Shown one piece after another: positions 50,258 through 58,721 of a stretch of DNA of 64,000 nt (position 1 is its first letter; each line of letters begins with the position of its first letter). The stretch spans positions 82,794 to 146,793 of IMG/VR virus record IMGVR_UViG_3300036715_001140; one strand, written 5' to 3'. Under the pieces are notes generated by a model, which searched no databases, had not been told where the DNA came from, and saw nothing but the letters and a program-made list of their open reading frames with translations. Made by a program: the position numbers and the translations under genes. The stretch comes from a virus.

Positions 50258-50941
50258 CTATTTCCAATCAAATATATCTAAATCACATGATTTACATAGG
50301 TCAATTGGTTTGAATTTATACACAACTCCATTCAATAAATCATCTACTGTTAAACCTAAATTCTGGTCTTCAACTGAAATACAACAAGTATTTATGTTTC
50401 CATTTGGTAATATTACATAAGCATCTTCATCTCTATAAATGCAATGGTTGGTTACCTTTTTGAAGCTATTAATACTATCTACTTGACCTGCAAAATTATG
50501 ATTTATCTCTCTACCCCATATTTCTAAAGTATCTAAAAAATCAAGAAGCCCACGTTTCTTATAAAGGTCTAGTTTTTCTTTAATTTTTGATTCTACACAA
50601 GTATGAACTGATACAATTAGATGTTTTAAACCTGCAACCTTTAATTTAGTAAGCATAAATTCTGTCATTAAAACAAAATTGGTTGAAAAACGAACCTTAA
50701 TTTGTTCTTCATTTATAGCATAATCTATAAAGGATACTAGTTCTGGATGTAGTAAAGGCTCACCAAAATTGTGTAGATTTAGAATATTAGTTCTACTAGG
50801 ATCTTGTTTAAACAATTGAACACACTTCTTAAAAGTCTCAAAGGACATAACCTGAGTTTTATCCCTTTTCATATTTGGTTGTGGACAATATTCACAAGTA
50901 AGATTGCAAGAACTTATAAGTTCTATCTGAGATAGTGGCAT
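50258..50941 (-). CDS. radical SAM protein with SPASM/twitch-like C-terminus
   Basis: CNLTCEYC, GEPLLHP, STN, NGNINTCC, CKSC. Confidence 0.9.
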   Translation of the reverse strand: MPLSQIELISSCNLTCEYCPQPNMKRDKTQVMSFETFKKCVQLFKQDPSRTNILNLHNFGEPLLHPELVSFIDYAINEEQIKVRFSTNFVLMTEFMLTKLKVAGLKHLIVSVHTCVESKIKEKLDLYKKRGLLDFLDTLEIWGREINHNFAGQVDSINSFKKVTNHCIYRDEDAYVILPNGNINTCCISVEDQNLGLTVDDLLNGVVYKFKPIDLCKSCDLDIFDWK

Positions 50942-50974
50942 TATTTATCCTTATCCTTATCCTTATTATACTAG

Positions 50975-51787
50975 TTAATGATATAGACTTCCGCCAAAAA
51001 GCCCTGTTTTTAATAAAGCTCTATTTGTCTCTTCAAATCTTTTTTCTGAGAATCTTCCAGAGTATATATTTGTTTCTAGTTCTTTCCTCATTGCTTTTAT
51101 GATATTTATACCATACTCATTTTTCTCTATTGGAGAATAGTATTTCTCATCTATATCATTATTTACCATTGATATCCAACGTTTAAAACAAGTAGAACAT
51201 ATCCCACAATTTAAATGTGTCTCATGATAACATGAGGTAGTATCAAGAATAAGTTCCTTTGAAATATTTAAAGTACCCAAAGCTAAAGAGACTATATCTG
51301 ATTTAGTATAATTACTAAATGGTGTATCTACTACCACGTTAAATCTCAAGGACTTCATGACATACGTTAAAACTGCACTGCTTAAATGAAAAAATTCAGG
51401 ATGTTTATCTCTTACTGCGGTTGGATTCATTTCTGTTTCTAATGCAGCTAACCAAATAATATCTCCTAATAAAGCCCCATAAAATGCAATAAGTAAATTA
51501 CGACCATAAACCTCTTGCTTAGTTAAAGTAGGTACGTTATTAAGATGTTCATGAGCTAAATCTGCTGTTACTTTTATTACATCATTACCATATAGTTTAT
51601 CTACAGCATTTAGTTCCTTACTCAGATAAGGCTGTCCATAGTTAAGAAACATAGGTACAACCTTAGAAAATCCTAACGTCAATGCATATCTATAGGCTAT
51701 ATAGCTATCAAGTCCTCCACTTACTGGTATACATACTGTTTTATCTATAAACATAATATTACCCTTTTCATTATAATATTTTAGCAT
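50975..51787 (-). CDS. queC: QueC-like PP-loop ATPase (7-cyano-7-deazaguanine synthase family)
   Basis: SGGLDS, NYGQ...E, GRN, TSCY...CGICSTC..R. Confidence 0.8.
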   Translation of the reverse strand: MLKYYNEKGNIMFIDKTVCIPVSGGLDSYIAYRYALTLGFSKVVPMFLNYGQPYLSKELNAVDKLYGNDVIKVTADLAHEHLNNVPTLTKQEVYGRNLLIAFYGALLGDIIWLAALETEMNPTAVRDKHPEFFHLSSAVLTYVMKSLRFNVVVDTPFSNYTKSDIVSLALGTLNISKELILDTTSCYHETHLNCGICSTCFKRWISMVNNDIDEKYYSPIEKNEYGINIIKAMRKELETNIYSGRFSEKRFEETNRALLKTGLFGGSLYH

Positions 51788-52262
51788 CTAATTCTCCAGT
51801 CCTATTTCTAAATAATCCTCTATCACCTACTATTACTTTTTCAGATTGTTCATAAGGAAATACAATCCAACTACCAGTTTTTAAACCATAAAAATTAAAA
51901 GGATAGTCAAAATCTTTATCTACTAAGATAGGTACAAAATCGTAGATTGACTTTGAATATTTCTCACTAGAAGTAATAAACTTCTTTAGGGCTAAAAAGG
52001 TTCTACCTTCGGCAACCAAATCTTCAATAAAAATCAAAGGGTCTGAGTCCACATATCCAGGATATGGTATTAAAAGTTCATCCTTTGGAAAATAATAACC
52101 AATTTGAAGTCTTAACTTCTTTGCCATTATATGCGCTGCTGAAATACCTCCTCGGGAGATAGCTATTAAACCATTAGGCTGATATCTCTCGTTTATTTTC
52201 AACGCTAAATCAATGCAAAGTGCTTTAAACAACTCATGAGGTAATTCAATTTTTTCTGACAT
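51771..52262 (-). CDS. type I phosphoribosyltransferase
   Basis: IAISRGG, PRPP-binding IFIEDLVAEGRT, WIVFPYE (Gpt-like). Confidence 0.85.
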   Translation of the reverse strand: MSEKIELPHELFKALCIDLALKINERYQPNGLIAISRGGISAAHIMAKKLRLQIGYYFPKDELLIPYPGYVDSDPLIFIEDLVAEGRTFLALKKFITSSEKYSKSIYDFVPILVDKDFDYPFNFYGLKTGSWIVFPYEQSEKVIVGDRGLFRNRTGELDAKIL

Positions 52263-52701
52263 TAGTATAATCTCCTAAAACTAAATTCTTCAAGCTATCA
52301 ACTAGGAAAGTTTCAAAATGTACTATTATGCATTTATTAATTTTTTCTCTAATTTGAATAACCTGATGCATATCAGATTCAATAAATAGAGTAATTTGTG
52401 GATTATCATTCAATACTTTTATTTTATACTCAGAAGAATATTTAATATTAGGGCAATCATGAAATACTTTTTTAGGCTTAAGTTTTGATTCAAATAACCA
52501 GGTTAAAGTTTCTATTTTAGCTTCTATCGGACGTCCAGTTATTATAAAATAATCAAAGTCAATAAGAGAAAATAAAGGTTTCAAGAAATTCGTTCTAGCA
52601 TAAATCATCTTATCTAAATCTTCTTGTTTAAAATGCATATCCGGAATAAAAACACCATCCAGATCAAATGCTACATTCGTTGTATCTAATGACGTACTCA
52701 T
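52246..52701 (-). CDS. HAD-superfamily phosphatase
   Basis: FDLDGV, ITGRP, K, FIESD. Confidence 0.8.
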   Translation of the reverse strand: MSTSLDTTNVAFDLDGVFIPDMHFKQEDLDKMIYARTNFLKPLFSLIDFDYFIITGRPIEAKIETLTWLFESKLKPKKVFHDCPNIKYSSEYKIKVLNDNPQITLFIESDMHQVIQIREKINKCIIVHFETFLVDSLKNLVLGDYTNVRKN

Positions 52702-53549
52702 TTTTTAGCTACTCTATTTTCTTTGTTATAAATTTCAGTAAAGCATTTTCCAGTAAGACTTTTTTTCTTCTGTTTCATTAAGACATTCATAATATACTTA
52801 ATTTCATAAGCATCTATCTCATTCTTTTTTGCTAAAGACTGAATAGAAATAACTTCTGATGATTTTCTACTATCGTATACTTTTTGTAAAACAGACTTAT
52901 ATTTCTGTCCTAGTTCAGATGTCAAAAGAGCTATTAGCTTTGTTCTAAATTGAGTACTAATCGTACCCCATTCGTAAGATTTCTTTAGCATGGATTCAAG
53001 ATCCGAAACTTTCATCTTAGATGAAGTTAAAAATTCAAATATTAATTGTTTAATCCTTATATGACCATCAGCTTTTACACTGTATAATAAGGTCATCATA
53101 GGATTTAACAATGATCCAGATTTAATACTATCAATTAATCTATATTTAAATTCTTTATCTATCTCTCTTACTTTACGTTTAGATGAAAAGGATTTATGTA
53201 GAAAACCGGATAAAACTTCCGGAGAAAGATCTTTATAAAAAGACTTTATAAGACAAGAAGTTTTACTATTTTTCATTAAGTCTAATAGATAAACATGACT
53301 CAAGGTTTTAGCTTGAACAGCAGAGCAAAACAAAAAAATGGTAGTTTCATTATAATTATCCGAATTGACTTTTTTAAGACTATTTAAAAAATCTGGAAAA
53401 GATAAAGCAAATAAAAATTTGCTTTTTGGTATTTTTGGATACTTTTTATTAATCTCTAATAATGAATACTTCACGTCCTTAACAATATCCGATAACAGAG
53501 ATATTATTGTATCTGGAACATTATTACATACGCAAATTACTTTAGCCAT
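52698..53549 (-). CDS. hypothetical protein in replication/repair operon
   Basis: AGGAGG RBS. Confidence 0.65.
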   Translation of the reverse strand: MAKVICVCNNVPDTIISLLSDIVKDVKYSLLEINKKYPKIPKSKFLFALSFPDFLNSLKKVNSDNYNETTIFLFCSAVQAKTLSHVYLLDLMKNSKTSCLIKSFYKDLSPEVLSGFLHKSFSSKRKVREIDKEFKYRLIDSIKSGSLLNPMMTLLYSVKADGHIRIKQLIFEFLTSSKMKVSDLESMLKKSYEWGTISTQFRTKLIALLTSELGQKYKSVLQKVYDSRKSSEVISIQSLAKKNEIDAYEIKYIMNVLMKQKKKSLTGKCFTEIYNKENRVAKK

Positions 53550-53574
53550 TTCTTATATTCCTCCTATTATATAT

Positions 53575-55905
53575 TTACAGTATACTATTTAAGCTCTCTT
53601 CTAATTTTGATTCTTCACCATCTTTAACTACTGTTATATATCTTGCTCCTTCTATGTCTACATTTTTAGCAGTAGTTATGACACAGATTTTAGGAACTAC
53701 AGTTTGTAACATTGGTAGAAATTTTGTAAAGTACAACTTCTTTAAAGGCGGACCCATAAATGCATCAACTTCATCTAACACAATAGTATCAGTTCTTTTT
53801 CTTCTTGGAATTAAAGGAAGAATAGATAACAAAAGTAATAAGATAAAACAACTACTTTCTGCTCCACTAAGTTTGCTAATATCAGAAATAATACCTTTTC
53901 TATTAACATTTACAGCGAAGGAATTTTCTTCAATCTGAATTGAGAATTTGAAATTCTCTGCAAAAATTAATTGACTATATAGATTAAGGTTTGCTTCAAC
54001 CAAAGATGCAATCCTTTTCATAACTTCTACTTTTAGTCCTTTAGATGAATATGCTTTTATTAATGCTTCTAAAATAGGTAAGTCCTTTAATTCAGATCGC
54101 ATTTTGTCTAATTTTAACGTAATAGCGTCTAAAGACTCATGCACATCTGAGACTTGTTTTTGATCTGAAAGTAAAAGTGGTAAAGTCTCATTTAATCTAT
54201 TAATCTTTTTACTTAGAGTATTCTGTGATTTTTCTAATTCATTACATTCTTTATTCAGTATTTTTTCTTTAGATGTTATTTTATATATCTTAAGTTCTTC
54301 TTTTTTAAGTTCATCCAGCTCTTCTAATAAGGCTAGGAATTTATCACAGTCAGATATTCTTTTCTCTAACTCTTTTTCGGTAAAGTTTGATTCAGGTTTA
54401 TCTACAAGCTTAGGTTGATGTACTTTTTGTAAAAGTCTCTCTAATTTAAGAACTGAGTTTTCAAGCTCCTGATACTCAACTAATTCATCGTGTTCTTTTT
54501 CAAGCTTGTTCAAATTTAGGACTACTGATTCTAATTCTTCTTCACAACCTTTATACTTTTTAGCTTTAAGTTTAAGCTGCTTCAACTCAGATAAAATTTT
54601 CACTATTTTTAATTCTTTTTTACGTTTAGGTAATTCCGAATTAGCTTCTTCATAAATTTTACCTAAATCTTTTATATTAACCTTAGACTGACATAAAGGA
54701 CATTTATTTGTAACCAATTCGTTAGATAATGAGTTGTACAAAGATATTATTTGATTAAGCTCATTTATTCTAACAACTAATTCATCTTCTGTATGTTTAG
54801 GTTTATTGCCAGAAAGAGACGAGTCTAGTTCTTCATATGATCTTCTCAATTTTTCAAGTTCAATTTTATCTAATTTCAACTTTACTTTCTTGGTTTTAAG
54901 TTTCTCTATTTTTTCTTCTAGTTGTTCAAGGCTTGTTTTTGGTTTATTTAAATGTTGCAATTTTTTCTTTGTTTGCTTTAATTGTTTAGATAATTCTTCT
55001 GTATCTTTTATGTAACGATCAATAGCTCTTGAATACTCAGAATACTCTTGTAAACAGGACAATTGCTTTTTATACTCTAACTTTTTAACTTTTACTTTTT
55101 TGTAATCTTGCTCTCCATCTAATTTATTAAGCAAACTGTTTATACGTTTAACTAAAGTTAGATGAGCCTGTTTATGTGTTAAAGTTGTAGCCTGTGCTGT
55201 GTATTTTGTATTCAAGTCTTTTAACTCTTCTTCCAAAGAAGATAGTTCATTTTCTTTTTCAGAGGTCCAATTTAAAGACTTAAGCTTTTCAACTAATTCA
55301 GCATGATGTTCTTCCAAAGCTTCAAGTTTAGATTTCTTGTGTTTAAGTTCTCTTACTTGAGCTTGTAATAAAGTTTTTACATTGTCATAATGATTTAAGT
55401 TAAAAACTTCAGAAAAAAAGTCTTGTCTTTGTATGTTAGTACCACGCAAGAATAAATGTGGTCTTTGGATTGAAACGTAATCCTTTGTATAAAAGAGATC
55501 TTCAGAAATATCTAACAGTTCGCTTATTTTATCTTCTGCAATACTTGGAGTTCTAGGTTTTATTGAGTCTCCATCTTTAAGTATATCATAAACAATCGAC
55601 TTTCCTTTAGACTTCTGTTCTATAGTCCAAAGTACACTTCCTTTTTTAAAAGTAAAGCGTATTGTAGATGTGTTGGTGTTAAAGATAGATTTTTTGTCAT
55701 TCTTTTTAGCCAGGGGTGTAGTAAAATACAATACATTAGGAATGCATGAAAAAAGAAGTGACTTGCCTACACCATTAGTATTGGTTGGCAAGGATGTGTT
55801 GTTTTTATTCAAACCTCTAACTACAGTTATACCATTTTTAAAAAGAAATTTAACCTTCTTAAAATATAAGATATTTTGTAGTTCTAAAGATTTATATACT
55901 AGCAT
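53575..55905 (-). CDS. sbcC: SbcC/Rad50-like ATPase
   Basis: NGVGKS Walker A, coiled coil, CPLC zinc hook, LSGAE signature, VLDE Walker B. Confidence 0.92.
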   Translation of the reverse strand: MLVYKSLELQNILYFKKVKFLFKNGITVVRGLNKNNTSLPTNTNGVGKSLLFSCIPNVLYFTTPLAKKNDKKSIFNTNTSTIRFTFKKGSVLWTIEQKSKGKSIVYDILKDGDSIKPRTPSIAEDKISELLDISEDLFYTKDYVSIQRPHLFLRGTNIQRQDFFSEVFNLNHYDNVKTLLQAQVRELKHKKSKLEALEEHHAELVEKLKSLNWTSEKENELSSLEEELKDLNTKYTAQATTLTHKQAHLTLVKRINSLLNKLDGEQDYKKVKVKKLEYKKQLSCLQEYSEYSRAIDRYIKDTEELSKQLKQTKKKLQHLNKPKTSLEQLEEKIEKLKTKKVKLKLDKIELEKLRRSYEELDSSLSGNKPKHTEDELVVRINELNQIISLYNSLSNELVTNKCPLCQSKVNIKDLGKIYEEANSELPKRKKELKIVKILSELKQLKLKAKKYKGCEEELESVVLNLNKLEKEHDELVEYQELENSVLKLERLLQKVHQPKLVDKPESNFTEKELEKRISDCDKFLALLEELDELKKEELKIYKITSKEKILNKECNELEKSQNTLSKKINRLNETLPLLLSDQKQVSDVHESLDAITLKLDKMRSELKDLPILEALIKAYSSKGLKVEVMKRIASLVEANLNLYSQLIFAENFKFSIQIEENSFAVNVNRKGIISDISKLSGAESSCFILLLLLSILPLIPRRKRTDTIVLDEVDAFMGPPLKKLYFTKFLPMLQTVVPKICVITTAKNVDIEGARYITVVKDGEESKLEESLNSIL

Positions 55906-57093
55906 TTAGTCTTCCTGACGCTTCTTATGGGATAAAACATGAGAACATAATTCTCCAATGAATAAAGCTCTCTCATCTATATTGGACTGATTCATCTTTA
56001 TTTCAAGTTCATTTAATTTGAATAGAAGATCTAACATAATAGGAACTAATACTTTAAAGTCATAAGGAACTTTTGCCTCTTTTAAAAGATTCTGAAAGTC
56101 TCTAAAAGCATAAGACTTAAATCTCAAATTACCAGAGTAATCGTCAATTACAGACATTGAGATCCATCTCATCTTCATCATCAATTGTCTACAACTATCT
56201 ACCTTTGAAGCCTGTGAGGCTAAAGCTTTTATACCATTTCTTATATAAGCCACGGTAGCTCTAGCTGCGGATTTATCAATGGATGTTTCTAATGATGTAA
56301 CAAAAGTATCTACAATAGAAGATAGATCTGCTTTTTTAGTACCAGCTTTAGCAAATAAAACACCTTCTAAAATTGAAATTGCATCTCTTACCAGTCCATT
56401 AGAATAATTTGCAATAGTAGTAAGTAATTTTCTGCCTTCTTTGTTATCAAAGTCTTCGCCTTCTTTTTTAGCGATTACTATTAATCTATCTACAAGTTCT
56501 TCTGGATCCACTGGATGTAACTGTAGTTTAGTACATCTACTAAGAACCGCTGGTTTCATTTTCTCAGGGTTAGTAGTGCATAAAATAAATAATGTACCAG
56601 CAGGTGGTTCTTCTAAGGTTTTTAATAGAGCTTGTTCACTTGGTCCAGTTAAGTTATGACACTCGTCACCTACAATAACTCGCATATTAAATCTAGCTGC
56701 ATACCTAGCTTTTTGAACTAATGCTCTAGAATCATCTATTCCTCTATCAACACCCATATTTATTTCTGTAATATCTGGATGATTATCAATATCTATTTTG
56801 CAACTTGCACAAGTACCACAAGCATCATAAGTTTCACAATTTAAGTATCGTGCAAATACTCTAGCTAGTGTAGTTTTACCAAGACCTGGATCTCCTGTAA
56901 TTAAAATTGCACCAGGTAGCTTCTTTTTGGCTAACATACCTTTTAGTTTTAAAACAGCTTCTTGTTGTCCTACTATATCCTTAAAGGATTTTGGTCTCAC
57001 TCTAGAAGCTAAACTAGCACTAACCATAAGTTTAGCTTTAACTTCATCATTATGTTTATCGAGATCTACTTTTTCTGTTTTAACTTTAGCCAT
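55906..57093 (-). CDS. dnaX: DNA polymerase III gamma/tau-like clamp loader
   Basis: RPKSFKDIVGQ, GLGKTT, CGTCASC, DECH, ALLKTLEEPP, SRC. Confidence 0.93.
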   Translation of the reverse strand: MAKVKTEKVDLDKHNDEVKAKLMVSASLASRVRPKSFKDIVGQQEAVLKLKGMLAKKKLPGAILITGDPGLGKTTLARVFARYLNCETYDACGTCASCKIDIDNHPDITEINMGVDRGIDDSRALVQKARYAARFNMRVIVGDECHNLTGPSEQALLKTLEEPPAGTLFILCTTNPEKMKPAVLSRCTKLQLHPVDPEELVDRLIVIAKKEGEDFDNKEGRKLLTTIANYSNGLVRDAISILEGVLFAKAGTKKADLSSIVDTFVTSLETSIDKSAARATVAYIRNGIKALASQASKVDSCRQLMMKMRWISMSVIDDYSGNLRFKSYAFRDFQNLLKEAKVPYDFKVLVPIMLDLLFKLNELEIKMNQSNIDERALFIGELCSHVLSHKKRQED

Positions 57094-57123
57094 TGTTTAT
57101 TTACTCCTTATTCTATATTTACA

Positions 57124-58167
57124 TTATTTTGTTTTAACTAATAATTCCTTAACTATTTCTACTCCTCTACGTCTTTCTTTTTTTGATAATCCTTCTTGTT
57201 TTAAGAACTCAAAAAGTCCCCATAAGGGATCATTTATTAATGAGTCTAAAACATTTGATCCTTCATACATTTCCTGAGGTAATTCTTTCGTATAGACAGA
57301 AAGTTCTTCTCCATTTTTACTACCTACTATAGTTATCACATTTGGATACTTTGTAGTTAAACTTGGTGGAACAACTATACCTTCAGAAATATGGAGTTTG
57401 TATAAAGTAGATTCATCTTTTGTTATTTTATCAAAATCATCTTTTACTTCTATATTTAGATTAACTAGTTCAAAGGAACAGTTATTTTTTATAAATTTTA
57501 TTTTCTTTCTTACCCATTTACCATTTTTAAACTTTACATTAGCGTGATACCATCCTTTAGGATTACGTTCTCCGAAAGTTGTCTGATATAAGCCTCCACA
57601 AAACCATGTATTTTCACCTACCTTCTGTTGTTTATGGATGTGACCGATAAAGTTTAAATTATTGGTTGTAGTTGTTTCTATTCCTGTTTTTACTTTTGTA
57701 TTGTTATCCCTAATTACACCAGCTGTCTCTAAATGAGCTATGTTTACCATTGGCTTCTTAGAAAATTTTGAACAAGGAAAAGGCATGAAGTTAAATGGAA
57801 TACCTTCAATAACGTCCTTATTAGGTTCAAACATAACTTTTACATTTGGCAAAATCTTTAAATCATGGCATAACTTTATTAAGTTTAGGCTGTTATTATC
57901 TGAATCTTCCACATCATGATTTCCTAGAATTATATAGATATTAAGTTCTTTAAAATCCAACAGCAAAGATATTAAAGACTTTATGTAGGAGTGTTCTGCA
58001 TTAGGAGAATCAAATAGATCTCCACCATGGATTACGGTTTTTATTCCATTTTTTACTGCATATTCTAATGGTTTTCTAAATTCATTAATGCAAATTTTAA
58101 GATGTGTATCAGGGAACAGTTTTTTAAGTTTTTGAAAATGAGTATCAGAAAAAAATATAAATTCCAT
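57124..58167 (-). CDS. sbcD: SbcD/Mre11-like nuclease
   Basis: SDTH, GGDLFD, GNHD, GHIH, FGE. Confidence 0.9.
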   Translation of the reverse strand: MEFIFFSDTHFQKLKKLFPDTHLKICINEFRKPLEYAVKNGIKTVIHGGDLFDSPNAEHSYIKSLISLLLDFKELNIYIILGNHDVEDSDNNSLNLIKLCHDLKILPNVKVMFEPNKDVIEGIPFNFMPFPCSKFSKKPMVNIAHLETAGVIRDNNTKVKTGIETTTTNNLNFIGHIHKQQKVGENTWFCGGLYQTTFGERNPKGWYHANVKFKNGKWVRKKIKFIKNNCSFELVNLNIEVKDDFDKITKDESTLYKLHISEGIVVPPSLTTKYPNVITIVGSKNGEELSVYTKELPQEMYEGSNVLDSLINDPLWGLFEFLKQEGLSKKERRRGVEIVKELLVKTK

Positions 58168-58195
58168 AGTATCCTCATATTAAGCTATTATATTA

Positions 58196-58230
58196 AAAAC
58201 CCTGATGGGTAATATAACACCATCAGGGCT
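58196..58230 (-). terminator. intrinsic terminator
   Basis: CCCTGATGG/CCATCAGGG stem with U tract. Confidence 0.75.
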
Positions 58231-58264
58231 TGAATTTACTACTAAATGCTAAGTTATTCTTCTG

Positions 58265-58666
58265 TTAAGCATCGTCATCTTCGTCTTCATCACTAGATGA
58301 GTTTGTCTCAGTTCCATCTTCTGCTGTTTCTGTTTCTTCTTCATCTTTTGCTACTTCTTCAGAGGGTACAAATTCAAAGAGACGCTCAGATAAGTCAGTG
58401 AAAATTGCATCTACAACTTTAGGATTAGATCTTGCTTCATCTAAAAGATTTTGAAGTGTGTCTATGTCTTTAGTTTGAATTGCAGTGTACATATTATCTA
58501 ATACAGTGTCAGTATCTACTCCAACACCAATACTAAAAAATTGTGCAGGACACTTAGTGTTTCCTTTTTTAGCTGTGCAGGATTTTGTCTTACGGCCTAA
58601 TTCCCCGACTAAATGCGTACAAATCAAACATACCTTCTTGTCCAGATTAATTACAGTCTTTTCCAT
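58265..58666 (-). CDS. hypothetical protein, Cys cluster and acidic tail
   Basis: CLIC; AAGGA RBS. Confidence 0.65.
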   Translation of the reverse strand: MEKTVINLDKKVCLICTHLVGELGRKTKSCTAKKGNTKCPAQFFSIGVGVDTDTVLDNMYTAIQTKDIDTLQNLLDEARSNPKVVDAIFTDLSERLFEFVPSEEVAKDEEETETAEDGTETNSSSDEDEDDDA

Positions 58667-58721
58667 TTCTTTACTTCCTTTCTTTCTTTTGGTTTTTGTT
58701 TGGCTATATAGCCAACATTAG

